Shown in pieces: positions 49,829-63,959 of a DNA stretch of 64,000 nt (positions are counted from its first letter, which is position 1; the number at the start of each line of letters is the position of its first letter). Source of the stretch: the human T2T-CHM13v2.0 reference genome, Homo sapiens; the NCBI RefSeq assembly GCF_009914755.1, contig NC_060939.1. One strand, 5' to 3'. Position numbers and translations under genes: made by a program. The notes below the pieces were generated by a model that did not search any database, had not been told where the DNA came from, and was given only the letters and a program-made list of their open reading frames with translations.

Positions 49829-51323
49829 ACACAGTAAAATGGGGTCTGGCATGAAAAGAGATGGGCAAAGTCAATGTTATTCCTGCCAGATATACCCCAA
49901 CTGGCCAAGGAAGCAGGGAGAGTCCCTGAGAGCCATCAGGAGAGTCCGTGGCTTTTGGAGTGTGGGGTATCCAAGACTCTTAGGAGAAGGAACTCTTTAG
50001 AGCGCCTAGGGAGTCTGTTTTTCTCACCTTCAGATTTCCTAAAACATCTACCTGCTAAGGCCTCAAGGTGAATCAAATCACCTCTCATGCTACCTATGGA
50101 GAGCTTGCAATGTCCCATGGAAAAATAAACAGAATCCCAGTAGAGTAAGCACCAACGTTGCTCTCACATTTTCTAGGGGAATAAAACAAGGATCCAGAGG
50201 TAAGGGGTGAAACTGCAGATCTAACATGAGATAGGGAGGTCAGGGAGCTGGGAAGAAACAGCAGATTTTGGGTATCATGCATAAGAGAACCAGATTAAGA
50301 AGGACATGGAATCTGAGAAGGGGTTCATGCAAATTTAGGATGTCAGTAGAAAGGCTAGAATACTCGGACGCAAACTGGAGGGCATGCAATACACATGAAG
50401 CTCAGCCCAGGAAAACCACATGCATAATCAGGAAGGGGATGGAAGTTCTTTCTTGGTAATTTCCATCACATCAAAGCATCACCCTTCTGATCTACTGGAA
50501 AACCCCAGACTTGCTAGGATCTTTCTACTTCATCAGAAAAATGAGGCAAATGCCCTAGAAAAAAGAAAAAGTACTGATTCTCTGCTCTAAACCCAAGAAT
50601 TCCAATGTAGGTCTATCAGTCTGGGTAGGGTCAAGGATAAACATAAATATGTAACCCTAATACTAGGGACTGGTGATGGAAAAAATGTCCCCATTGGAGG
50701 ATGAAGAAAAACACATCCAAACCACTATCTCAGTCCCCAGTCTTTCCTATGCCTCCTCAACATCTCCTTAAAGGGACTAAGGATACACGGGACAACGAAG
50801 TCTATGCAAGACAGCTTCCTGTTCACCAGTGACTAAAGCCCGTAACTCAAAAGGATTATAGCCTGACCATCTTCGAACCTCTGGACTTTGCCCCAAGGAT
50901 ACAATTGAGGCTTCTGTGCCTCAATTTCTCCCATGATCTAGTGGCAGGAGGGCAGGAAAGTTACTGTCTCTAGCTCCTCAGAGTGGCTAGAAAAACATTT
51001 GGATTTGAAGATGGTGGTAGTAGAGGGTTAGAGTGATAAGAACAGATTCCAAGGCAAGAGATTACTCCTGTATTGAACAGAACTGGGGAATGAGTAACAT
51101 TAGGGGGTGGTGAGAAAGGAGAATAGGAAGGGGATGAGCAGCCAATGCTACAGCTACCAGGCAGTCTGGCCCCAATCCCATCCAAGTGACTAAATGCAAG
51201 TTACATAACCTTAGGGCAAATAGGAGAAAGAAATAGGTGGGCTCTCCTGCCAGAAGTGCAATAAGCAAAGCAGTCAGACCCAGCCAGGGTAGTGGCAGCA
51301 GCCAGTTTGGTGGCAGGGGGTAC

Positions 51324-51506
51324 CGTAGAGGCATTCGGGGTCATCCTGGCCTGAGCGCAGCCAGTTCCGGAAGAGGCGCAGGTGGTAGGAGCACTGGTGC
51401 AGGTGATGCGCCAGCGTGGCATCCAAGGAGACTGGCCGGCCCCCTGTACAGTCAGAGGAAAAACTGCGCAGCAACCGGACCACAGGGTGCTGGTCATCCA
51501 GCAGCT
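51324..51506 (-). pseudogene. PPIP5K1P1: PPIP5K1P1 cassette exon (183 nt, phase 1-1), last recognisable exon
   Basis: CCAG|ELLDDQHPVVRLLRSFSSDCTGG...DDPECLY G|GTAC; long pyrimidine tract upstream. Confidence 0.75.
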
Positions 51507-54500
51507 CTGGACGGGGTGAGGGGACCACGGCAGGAAGCACAAAGATAGAGAAAGAGAAGAGGGAGAGACAATGAGGGGGGCACTGACTAGCACAAGCATT
51601 ACTGGGAGGTGGGGGCACTCAGATCCAAGGTGAGCTAAGAGAGAAGCAGAGATGGTCAGAGCCACTGGGCATCTCTTGCAGGGAAGAACAGTGGTGTCAT
51701 CATACAATGAGTCTGAAAGAAGGGATAAGTGAGATCTCATCATACAGCAATGCCTTCCCCTTGCTCCTTGAGCATAATTCCGTCAGTGCTTGTAGACATC
51801 AGTCACATCATTGTGAACAGGGGTGAGCTGGCAGTTTTGCAGCTGGGAGTCTTGACTGCAGCTTCAGGATCCCTCATCATTGGATGAACCCTACTTAGGG
51901 CCTGCATTCTCAGGTGAATGGATTTATGTAGTAGGGATAAAAATGAAAAAGTGATGGTATTGTGTATCAAGACAGTCAAGCTAAAAAGGCTCTCTTTTAG
52001 GGCAGGCCTTCTGGACCACACTCTAAGATAGCTGAAGACAGGAATGGTATTAGGCAGTTGGCACAGGAGACTGGCAGGAAACCAGGTGTAGAACTCCTTT
52101 AAAACGGTATGTGTGGAAAATGGAATCAGTATGTGAAAATACCAATATTGACTAACCATCCTGTACCTTACTGTTGTTTAAACAATCAGTTAAAAAAAAA
52201 AAGTACACTAAAACTCCGGACTTAGAGATACTGTATCCATTACACAAGCTGAAAGTTAGATAATTTTATATTTTCTTCCCACTGCTGGTGAGTCTAACTG
52301 CACTTTTTTCAGCTGGTGAGTGGAAAAGCTTTGATTCTGAACCCCTCATTTTAGCTATTTGGCAAACTTTGTGGATGATGTAATTCAGCTACAAAAGGTT
52401 GAAGGCAGTCAAAGCCATGTGGAGAGGGGTGTAAGAGGAACAATAGTGAAAAGATCTTAGAGAAAAGATATGGGATCTTAAGACATGATGTGAGGATGGA
52501 CAAGAACTTGAGTACAGGATGTTGGTATAGAGAAGGTAGAAACAAGGCAGCTCAGGATGACTGCTCAAAACTCCCAGACCAGAACTGGCTCCACAAGGTG
52601 ATCCCATGAGACTGTGGTCTTCAGAGACCTTAGCTTGGATGTCAGGACAGATTTCAGCTCTACCTAGGCTAGTCTTGTGAGCACTAACTGTATATACCAA
52701 TGGTCACATAGTTATATGGGTCCCTAGAAGATAACGGGCTTGACAAATCCAGTGGTCACACCCTGACATTCTGGATGAGCGTGAGCCACAGTCTTTCCCA
52801 CTTTATTAATTTACTTTGGTGAATTCAGTGTGCAGCTTAGTAACAGGCTATACTTGTGTGCTGGATATAGTTACAGGATATAAGAGCAGCTTATTAGGAA
52901 CAAAGGCAGAGAAAGGCTGAGGGCTGCTCTCCCATCAAAGTGTGAAGACACACTGCCTTGCCTCTTTTCCAAAGCCAGGTCCAGTATTTCCAGCTGCTGT
53001 TTCAAAGCCAGATATCATGGCAAGGAGATGGTGATGACGGAGCTGCTGTGACTTACCTGCAACTACAGACAAAACATCCACTTTGTAATTGCTGGTCAGT
53101 CAAGCAAGATCTTGGCCATGGAGAAGAGCCTTCATATTTCTTGAGGGTCAAATTGAATCTAGATAATCTTCCTCAGCAAGTGACATACAGCTCCAAATTT
53201 CTCCTATTGTCAACAGGTAGAGCCCAGATTCTGGCTTCTTAAGCATGTTAGCCTCCAAGCTCCAGCACAAGAAAAACAAAGGAGGCCACAAGGCCCCTGA
53301 GGAAGTGTGCAGGGCATTGGAGATCTTAAATTTGTTTTCCTGCACAACACCTGCATTTTCCAGCTCTTTTTTCCTCAACTCCTTTTAGCAGAATTAAATC
53401 TTCTTCAACGGGTGAGGCTGCTGAACAGTACTTCGGGGAATTGGAGGTACATACGTCTGAGGGTCTGTTTAATGGACTTGGGTCTTTTCTCATGGCACTT
53501 AAGAACTAGGAGATACGTGATTTAGCTCTGATTTCAGGAGCCCACGTTCCTTGTACTATATTGTGGACCCTAAGTCCAAGTCCCAGGCTATGCTATTCAT
53601 GCATCAGGTTCTATTCTGGAGATGGCTGTGGCACATGAAGGCCAGAAGAGCTTGAAGCTAAATGAGCCGGCACACCCATGAGGCTCTGAACGGGAACTCC
53701 TGCCACAGGCACAATTGGGAGCCTGGGGGCAGGGATAAACTGAGCCAGCATAGGCTGGTCAACCTAGGGAGAGATTTCAGCAGTGCCTTGTGAAGATGTA
53801 CAACCTGACTGGGCTAAAATCTAGCAGCTGTCACTTGCTAGCCAATAGGAGATTAGCACGTAGAGGTTTTCTAGTCAGGAAGCCAGCCTAGTTTTACTTC
53901 CCTCAGAGAGTCTTAGCTCTTGAATAGAAGAAAACCATACCTAAAAAACCTAGATTTACCCTGAAGACAAAATATAATACAGAGAGACAAATAAGGATAC
54001 CAAGGATAAAACTTTGAAAGAGAGTGAGCCTGGGTTCTCCTGCTATACCCTACAAAGAGACCATACCCTTCAATTTATGGTTTACAGAGATCTCCAAGCT
54101 CTCCCACCTTAGTGTGGGCAGACCCAGTTCTTCAATGTTCTTAAAATATTATTCCTTCCTAAGCTCCCCCAGAATCCCCAGCAGACATCTCCACTCTTCA
54201 AACTTCTCTGCAATAGCTTTATCATAGGTAGGCTGGTGCCACATGGAAACTACACTTAAAAACTCAAGGTACAGTCCTTTTTCTTTTACCTACTACCTCC
54301 TACTCCTTTCTTTTTATTTTTATCCCAAAGCAACCTGGGCTCTTGTTTTCTAGGCCCAGGCAATAGGTTAGTAGTAACATAAAGCAAATGTCAGGAGCAC
54401 AAGAGCCACACAAAATACACATAATGACAGGAGAAAGAAATACGGAGATGGGAAACTATATACTCAAGACTAACACCCATATAAGTAGGCTTAGGAGCTG

Positions 54501-55013
54501 GGAACTGCAGCATTGCTCCGAAAGAGGAACAAACTAGTCATCCACATCCACCCCAACAAGAGTTGGAGAAAACACAGAAAGATCAAAGTTATATCAGCTG
54601 AGGAATTGGGGGTATGGGGGAAGAGAAGAAATGGAATCAATCTAGGAAACACTATTCCCATCCTAAGAAGGGGAACCATCATATCTGTACACAGCCTGGC
54701 AGTCATGTGATAGGAAAGGGAGAGGTTTAATCAGTGTTTTGGTGGTGATGCTGACAAAAGTGACATAATGGTGATGATGGTGACTATGGAATTAAGACCC
54801 TGAGTTGCAGGGATGGGGCAGCCAGGCTGCAGCCAAGACTAAGGCTGTCACAAGGAAACCATCCCAGGAGGGACACTTAGTGAGTGACTCATTCAGAGAC
54901 AGCAGGGTGTCAACACAGTGGAAGGAGAGGCAAAGTCAGTGTCGAAACTCAGAGTTAAGTGTCTAGAGGTGACATGGTGAGGAGGAATGACATTGAGTCA
55001 GAAGCAAACGTAC

Positions 55014-55076
55014 CGTTAGTCGGATGCTTTGCAAACGACACAGAAAATCGTTTTACGGCCGGGACAAACAAGAGCT
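55014..55076 (-). pseudogene. PPIP5K1P1: PPIP5K1P1 exon (63 nt, phase 1-1)
   Basis: ELLFVPAVKRFSVSFAKHPTN. Confidence 0.88.
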
Positions 55077-55777
55077 CTGGGGAGAAAAGACATCATGGGG
55101 ATTATACCCACCCTTGTCCCCACCCTCTGCTCTGGAGTTTGCCCGCAAGATATTCTGTTCTTTAAAGTTAGTTATCTGACCTGCTCCCCTCCCCATCCCT
55201 TGGATTTCTAACTAACACACGTCAATCTCTTTTCCTTTGATAAATCTCTTAGGAATCAATGTGTCATCTCTACCACAATACACCCCTACAAACAACCCTA
55301 ATTTTACCACTGTGTCTTCTTTCTGGTCATTTGGAAATAAAATCTTCACAGAAATATTCATCCCTTCCCCTAGTCTCTTTCCACATTATCTTTTCTCCCT
55401 TGGTTGAGTAACATTCCCTTCCCTAAACCCAATTTGCTGGATTTTAATCGAGGTTCCACCACTTTCTTCCCAACTATGCATCATCCTCCTTGGTCCTTAC
55501 CCCTACAGGCCAGAATCCAGGAAAGAGTACAAACTGATGCAGCAGGACTGTATGTGGGAGATTATGAAGGGATAAGCATAAATAAGTAGTATTTTTATGG
55601 CAAGAGGAAATGCAAATGGAGGGGTGAAAGGGGTCCTGGTTCCTTCTCCCATCTATTACTGATGAAGAAAACTTGTTATAAGGCCAGTGTCATCTTAAGC
55701 ATGAATAGTTCTTGAGCTATGTCCTTGCTGAGAGACAAGTGAAAAAAGGAGTTATCCCCCAAAACCCACCCACATAC

Positions 55778-55903
55778 CATCTCGGTGCTTCAGACTGGCA
55801 GGTGGTAGCTTTTTGCCATGGCTGCGGGCGTAGTCCTGAAGATTCGGGGCACTGGAGGAGCCACCCAGCACTGTGGTGCTGAACAGCCCTGTGCACTGTG
55901 AGC
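55778..55903 (-). pseudogene. PPIP5K1P1: PPIP5K1P1 exon (126 nt, phase 1-1)
   Basis: [41 protein letters not shown]; TACTAAC branch point at 55922-55928. Confidence 0.88.
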
Positions 55904-56454
55904 CTGCAAGGCCGGGAGTGCGTTAGTAGCCACGTAAAGCCACAACTATCACACAGAACTATACACAACTTCACATGATAACATCAAGACACACATGCAG
56001 CCATTCAGAGCCACCACCATGTGGCCATTCCACATAACCACAAATGGCTTTACACTTCTCCATAGTCACAGTGGGCAAGCAAAAGGGGGATTCTTCTGAA
56101 GAGCTACATGGCAGAAACAACAGGCCACTACAAATGCAGGGTTAGTCATATTAGGGGATTCAAAGCTACTGGAAGGGATAGACTGTGCTCTTCAGGTGGC
56201 TCTCAGAAATGCCAAAATAACAGGTAGGTCCCTCTAGATTCCCCTCAGATTTAATTCGGCACCCCTTACCCTGGATATATAGCTTGAGAAACCCAGAAAT
56301 CTAGTCCTTGTATATTTGAAAGGAAAAGGCTTTGACTGAAGCTAGAGACTATATTCTGAACACTCAGCTGGCACCCTTCCAATCCTTCCTAAGTTTTTCA
56401 TCCAACATCCCCTCCCTTCAGGCCTTTTGACCTTTCCCAAGAATGAAAGTATGA

Positions 56455-56679
<225 letters not shown>

Positions 56680-57958
56680 TAACTCCTGAGCTCAAGTGAT
56701 CCTCCCACCTTGGCCTCCCATAGTGCTGGGATTATTGGTGTGAGCCACAGCCCCCTGCCTCATTGAATTTTTTAAGCTAGAAGGGACTCATAGATCATCC
56801 AGTCCAACTTTCTTATTTTAGAGATGAAGAAACTGAGATCCAAAAGGGACCTCCTTTGCTCAAGGTCACATAGTTTTTTAGAAGCTAAGCTGGACTAGAA
56901 TCCAGGTCTCCTGACTCTGAGGACCAACTGTATTGTTAGAAAATAAATAACTATTTTTTTTTAGGAACCAGCAGTTTCTAAAGTCAAGATGGACACAAAT
57001 TGAAGGGCATGTGAAGAATCAGTTGATTATATGTAGAGCATGCCTATTATGTGAGGAGCACCCTACTAAGAAGGAATACAGGAAATAACAACAAAAAGAC
57101 ATGTTTGTTCTGCTTGCAAAAGTGTATTATCATGTAAGCCTATGCTCAAAGCCAGTTGCCCACACATATAAATTCTAAGAAAACAAAGAGAATTCCATTG
57201 CCAATGAGAGGATTAAATAAAATCTGAATAATCTCTGAAGTATGAAATAAATCAGACCAGTCACTGTCCCCAACAGCTGATCTAGAGGAGGGTTAGGACT
57301 CCACGGTCCCTTCTCCTACTATAGCCTATAAGGACAGAGTGGTCAAGAAGAAACAAGACTGATACCCAAGTTCTCAGGATTTGCCTCTCTACTTCCAAAT
57401 CCATCTTAGCCAAGACCCTGGGTTTGGCTTGGGACTTAACATTCATAGGGGAAATGGATGGAGTGGAAAGGAGTTCAATTCCCTTGAGGCCACCAAGAAG
57501 GGACCATGGTTTCAGGGGTCCCAGGATTTCGGGGTCACCAGAGCAATCAGGAAGTTCAGATGCCTGATGATTCCCACCCTGGAATTCAGGACCTCTCCCC
57601 TATACAGCAACTTCCTCCACCTTTCATGTTCAAACAGGCTCTGGAATGAGATTCCAGAGAGTAATAACAGTTGCTAAATATGACTGCTTTTCTTCAGAGA
57701 AGCTAAAACTAGCTGGCTCTATCCCAGACCACCCCAAGCTTTGTCCTACATACACTTCCTCCACTGAATACTTTTCTGGTGCAGTCATGCCAACTCTGTT
57801 CTGCCCAGTCCTCAGATCATCTCAGAGGGTGGTCTCTACCTTACCACCACCATCTGCCAACCAGTTCCATGTCCATACCTCTGCCTTGCTCTTGAAAGCA
57901 TTCCCACGGCCCACTTAACTGGGACAGACACACCTATCCTCTTTTCTAGTCTGTCTGA

Positions 57959-58255
<297 letters not shown>

Positions 58256-59388
58256 TAGTCTCAGAACTCCTGACCTCAAGTGATCTGCCTTCTTTGGCCT
58301 CCCAAAATGCTGGGATTATAGGCATGAGCCACTGCGCCTGGCCAGATCTACACACTTGTCATTTATTTCTCATGCCCCATACCATCTTCCTCATTTCAGG
58401 AATCTAGAAGGCAACTTATTCTCATAAAATTAGCCTGGAAAGTTACCAAAACCTTTCTCCCCCTTGCTAGTCCAAAAGCTGACCATTTTGGGGCCAAGAA
58501 AATGGCTGCCAAGGACAAAGGCAACAGAACAATTAGAGGCGCTAAATAGAGAGAATAATAGGACAAGACAGAAACAGCCAGAGGACCAAGACCAGACCCC
58601 ACACAACCATGTCTGACCTCCAGTTCTAATTACTGGCTCACAAGGCACTGTGCTCAGAGATAGTTCCTCCCAAGGACTGCCCCCCACCCAAAGAATACAA
58701 TACCCTCTGAGGCTTGGTCCTTCCTGCCGTCTGTGCTCTTAGAAAAAGCTGAGTGATGTTCTCTACCCCTTTCCAGGGATCCAAAAATCAAGAGACATTT
58801 CCTCAAAGTCCTGAGAGATGCCTCTGCCACTACACCAGTCTCAGACTGGTCAATTTTCCAGAAGGAAGGGGAAAAAGTTACAGGATTAGGAGATGATGGA
58901 GGAAAGGGCAAGGTGGTAAGAAGGGCAAGAGCGGGGATGTGAAAAACACAGGTTTCAGGGGAAGACGTGGCACATTTCTTCAAATGAGGAATACGACATT
59001 TATGAGGGTTGCAAGTACCTCTATTTATAGCTCTGTCTTTGATAACTCTGAAGGTTCAGAGTCTCCATGGCCCCTTAAGGTCTGGGCTAGACTGGAGGGA
59101 CAGATAAGGAATGAGAGGGAAAGCCAGAAAAACGCCCTTTGGCCAGGGAAATGTGGTTGGTATAGAAAACCAAGAGATAAACACCTTCCTGGGATGGAAT
59201 AATCATCTGAGATCCAAGTTCACATCTAACTATGGCTTCTCCCACTTCATCCTCCCTACCTCCACCTGATGATATTCCACTGATTGGACGGTCCCAAATC
59301 CCATGACAAAGGTTTCCCACAATAAAACTCTGAAGAACAGACAGACAACTTTTCCAACAATAGGTGAGAAATGCTGGCAAAACCATAC

Positions 59389-59479
59389 CTAGGCCACTCT
59401 GCTTCATTTCTGTGGGTGGCCGTGAAGATGAAAAGAGCCGGTAGCCACCAGGCCTCGAGGATGAAGTCTCAGAAAGTAC
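59389..59479 (-). pseudogene. PPIP5K1P1: PPIP5K1P1 exon (91 nt, ends phase 1)
   Basis: VLSETSSSRPGGYRLFSSSRPPTEMKQSGL. Confidence 0.9.
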
Positions 59480-60111
59480 CTGCAGAAAAAGGACTCTATA
59501 TTAATCATTTTGCCACCTCAACCCCAAAGTATAAAACTCAGGTCCTGGATTCCTGTCCCTACAAAGCCAAGCAATGTTAGAAAGTTTGGAAGTACCAAAG
59601 GATTTATAGGGGAAGAGGGATGAAAAGGGAACAGAGAATGTACTTTATGGAGGGAACTGTCCGGGGCATCTTTCTATACTAGAAGGCACTTCTATTTTCA
59701 AGATGCCTTTCCCCACAGCCCTCCCATTCCCAATCTGAGTTTGAGAAATCATTATTCAACCCATTCCTAGTTCTCAGCAGAGCAGAGTTTCCTAATTGTA
59801 TCTATCCCCCCACAGACTCAGAAAGCCAATCACAATGGCTCAGCCACAGATAAGAGTCTGGCCACCCTCTCTTCTTTGCATGGGAGAGCTGTGGCTACTG
59901 CAACCATACTACATTCCTTGTTAGAACCAAGAAGCCCACCCCTCCACTGTCTCACCCCTAGAAACATGAAACAGAATTTTTACAATGCCCACAAGGGCCC
60001 AATCACACAACCCCCAAAACACACACATCCCACCCAGATAGTGTCTGAGCCCCTAGATCCCAAAAGGCAAAGACAGAAGGCAAGACAGGAAGGTGAGGTA
60101 GGGAGGGACAC

Positions 60112-60261
60112 CTGTGTGCAGGATGCCAGGTGAGTGGTGGACACAGCCCGGGGCTGTAGGCCAATGGCTAGGGAAGGCTGGGGGAGGTCTCCCGACCTCC
60201 TGCAGCGCCGTCCCCGCAAGGGGATGAGGTCCAGGTTCCCCGTGCACTGCATGTTCATGAC
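60112..60261 (-). pseudogene. PPIP5K1P1: PPIP5K1P1 cassette exon (150 nt, phase 0-0)
   Basis: TGCAG|VMNMQCTGNLDLIPLRGRRCRRSGD...ASCTQ|GTGT. Confidence 0.7.
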
Positions 60262-62337
60262 CTGCAATCAGACCGGGTGGAAAGCCGGTCACGGCTCCTT
60301 TAAACCCCAGGCTCCCAAAAGCCCCAGGGCCCACAGGGCAGAGCTAGTTACAGGGCTAGAGAGGATGACCAGCTAGGGCATAGCTGCTATAAAGGTCGTA
60401 AGTTTTATAATCTAAAATAGTTAAAAAGTATGAGATGACAAGAGGAGAAGAAGGGATGGAGGGAAGGATAAGTTGTATGCCTATATTTATAGAGCAAGGA
60501 AGATAAACATTAACATTAGTATCATAAGGCTTTGTGACCAAGGAGCAGAGAGATGATTTTCTTGCAAAGCTGAGGAAAATATCCTGGACAACCATCACCC
60601 TGGATAAGCCAGGGTCTAAGCAGCACTAGTAATTGAAAAGAAAGCCTGTGATTACAATAGGAAGCTTCCCATAGGCCTGAAAGAAGTCAATCTTATCAAG
60701 TCTGAGAGATGATACACAGAGCTTTCCTTTACCTGTGCCTTTTTTTTTTTTCCATCTTATAATGTTTTAAAATTTTTTGTAGAGACAGGATCTTGCCATG
60801 TTGCCCAGGCTGGTTTTGAACTCCTGGCCTCAAATGATTCTCCCACTTAGGCTTCCCAAAGTGTTGGGATTACAGGTGTGATCCACCACACGCAGCTGTC
60901 TATGTCTTATGACTGCATAAACCAGAAAAAAATGGTTGGGGGATGGGGGACGCGGTTCAGGCACAACAGCACCAGGAGAGACTAGCAGACCATGTGAATA
61001 GGAAAGACATTTGGAGGATCAGTTTATTGATGGAAGATTATGTATCATTCTATCCATGTGATCTATTGGATGTGAGTATAAAGGGTAATAGAGTACTACG
61101 GATACCAACCGACACCTACACCTCAAAGAGAAAATAATGTATATCCTACCTAAAGAAACTCTGCATATTACCAATGGCAATTTCACCTTAAAATAATCAG
61201 GAAGTAAAGGATGAATCAAAAGAAGAGACTGCAGTTCATCTTCTCAGCTTTCTCCAAAATCTGAATTGCAAAACTTTTGCTGAACCTAGGTCAGCTTGTT
61301 ATAGATTCTTCTGATATATCCCTAAAATGGAAAAACCAATTCCTCTAAGATAGAGACCTGGCACCGAGCCAGGGTGAACACGGTCATTAGGACAGAGCAG
61401 AATCTAAATCAGACAGTCAAAGTCTCTGAGACAGGGATAAATTGTGGTGTCAAAATGAATGTAAGTGATACAGAAAGAGCAAGATAGGGGAAAAAAAAAA
61501 AGGATATAATTAGGCCAAAGACAGAAACAGTTTTTCCAGGAAAAAGACCAAAACAAAAACCTCAGATGGTTAGCTGGACACAATATGAGATTAATAACAC
61601 TTACTGCCTTTAGGCTAGAGAGCTAGAACCAGAACTAGAAACAACCTCCAAGAACAGCAGAATATAGGCCCATGCTGATAAAGATCCTCATTAGAACAAG
61701 AGGAAGACAGACAGAGCTCTTGACTGACCCACTTTCTGGAATGACAGTACAGATAAAGTGCCAGGTATTTGCTCCTATCTGAGCTATAATTTTTACCCAA
61801 GGTGACCAAGAGCTGGAGAGGGCTGGACCTTTAATATCAATTGCATTGTTAATATATTACTGCTTGTTGAGCATCTATAAAGTGGATACTACTCACATTT
61901 TAGAGGTGAAAAAAAATTGAGGCTTAGAGAAGTTAAGGTCAGAGAAATGTAGAGAAGTTACCCAGCCAAAGTCACACAGCTTCCAAGTATTACACTGGGA
62001 TTTTGGCCCGGAGTTCAAGCTGTTTCCACTAGATTTCCTTTTAAAGAACTACCTTTTCAAATTCATCCAGAGGCCTCCTCCTTAATCTTATCTCTTTAAA
62101 CCCTTATCTCTCAGGCATCCCTCAATGGCAACTCTTTAATCTGAGAAGTAGCAACCAGTTAAAGAAGCACTACTGGGAGACCAGCTGTGAAAGAGAGATT
62201 AAGTAAAACATATCAATCAGAGCAGGAGGACTCTGCTTCAAGTCCCAAGAGACCCCCCAAGGGGATCTAGTGGATCTGTGGATATAGTCCTATGAGCACT
62301 GCCACCCCTTCATTTCTTCCCAAGGCCCTCTCATTAC

Positions 62338-62502
62338 CTCCATGGAACCAGCTTTTCGGTTACGAATGAGGGGTGATCTCCTCGGGAGGCCAGGGCCCTC
62401 AGGAGGCTGGGGTGAAGTCTGCAATGCCCGGTCTGGTTCATCTGATGCCTTTCCTGGACACAGGTTCTCCATACTGCCTTGGTTGGTTTTCATCTCCTCA
62501 TT
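62338..62502 (-). pseudogene. PPIP5K1P1: PPIP5K1P1 exon (165 nt)
   Basis: NEEMKTNQ...RKAGSME. Confidence 0.9.
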
Positions 62503-62649
62503 CTATACAACAAAAGGCAGATAAGAGAGGTGTTAATGGCCTCCAAAATCCTAATCCCAGACTACCTAGCCCTTTTACTTCTCCCTGTACTGCTTCCCAC
62601 CACTTGGTTCCTAAGTCCTTCAGTCCCAAATCCCAGCACTCTGACCCAC

Positions 62650-62766
62650 CTCAGAAGAGGCTGGACGGAATCCACAGCCAGCCGGGGCACTGCCTTCTTC
62701 CTCAACACCTTTCACTCCGGGGCTGAAGTGTAGCTCCACATGGAACCGTTCCTCTGATAAGGGATC
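62650..62766 (-). pseudogene. PPIP5K1P1: PPIP5K1P1 exon (117 nt)
   Basis: [17 protein letters not shown]...PASSE. Confidence 0.9.
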
Positions 62767-63694
62767 CTATGGAGCATAACCACAAGAGGGGGAAGTTGGG
62801 AGAAGCTGGATATTGTGGTGGAAGTAGAGAGGAACTCAAGGGGATTCATCCTCCCAGGAATTCAGGGTCTTGTCCCACTCCGGGGCTGACCTGTTATAGC
62901 TTCCTTTCAACTATATATTGTCTCTTACAGGATCCTCATTCCCTCATCTCTACCATTTGTGATTTCACCATTGCACATGACTTCTGAACTTCCAGCTTTA
63001 CAACGCTTCCCATCACCTTCCACAATAACTCAGCTTGGCTGTGGTGCATATAGCAGAACATTTAAAGATACCTTGTGGGCCAGGAGCAGTGGCTCACACC
63101 TGTAATCCTAGCACCTTGGGAGGCTGGGACAGGCAGATCACTTGAGTCCAGGAGTTTGACACCACCCTGGGCAACATGTTGAGACCCTATCTCTACAAAA
63201 AATTAGCCGGGCATGGTGGCACATGTCTGTCATCCCAGCTACTTGGGAGGCTGATGTGAGAGGATCACTTGAGCCCACGAGGCAGAGGTTGCAAGGCTGC
63301 AGTGAGCTCAGATTGTAGCACTGCACTCCAGCGCGGGTGACAGAGTGAGACCTTGTCTCAAAAAAAAAAAAAAAAAAAAAAAAGTATCATTGTGGAGCCG
63401 TATGCAGAAGGTATATGTATAACCATGTTTGAGGAAATAAGACTCATAACATTGTCCCAAATTCCATACTCTTCTAATGCCAGAGCTGTGTTCTAGGTTA
63501 CCTCTCTGGCTCAACAACATCCCAGAACATATTTTCCATTCCAGTAGGAACTTCCTGGATGCTCTGTGTCATGCTGTGCGTAAGTGCCACACCTAGCTGG
63601 ATTCTCCAAATTATAAGGATAAGCAAGTTTTTTTTTTTTAATAGAATTCAAAAGAAGGGGCCTTCCTCTCATCTCCCACCTGCTAGCTCCTCAC

Positions 63695-63802
63695 CTGTGT
63701 GTTGTCCTCATAAAGCATGATGACAATCTGGGTCATGTAGTTAAGCTCTGAGATGGCACTAAGATAATCCAAAGCTCGCTGCCATTGTGCATCCTGGGTC
63801 TC
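63695..63802 (-). pseudogene. PPIP5K1P1: PPIP5K1P1 exon (108 nt)
   Basis: [36 protein letters not shown]. Confidence 0.9.
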
Positions 63803-63959
63803 CTACCAAATGCAAAAAGAGGTAAGCCATTGCTTAAGGAAATGGGAGTCAGAGAATGAGCAGGGAGCCAATGAGAATGGAGAAAGCTTTCATTTGAGAA
63901 GAGTAAAAGAATGCTGGGAAAAAGCTGTTCACAGGCTAAAGAAGAAGGAGGATCCTTAC

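Noticed and set aside
54491-54710. Possible additional PPIP5K1 exon
   Set aside because: No convincing acceptor/donor pair or recognisable peptide.
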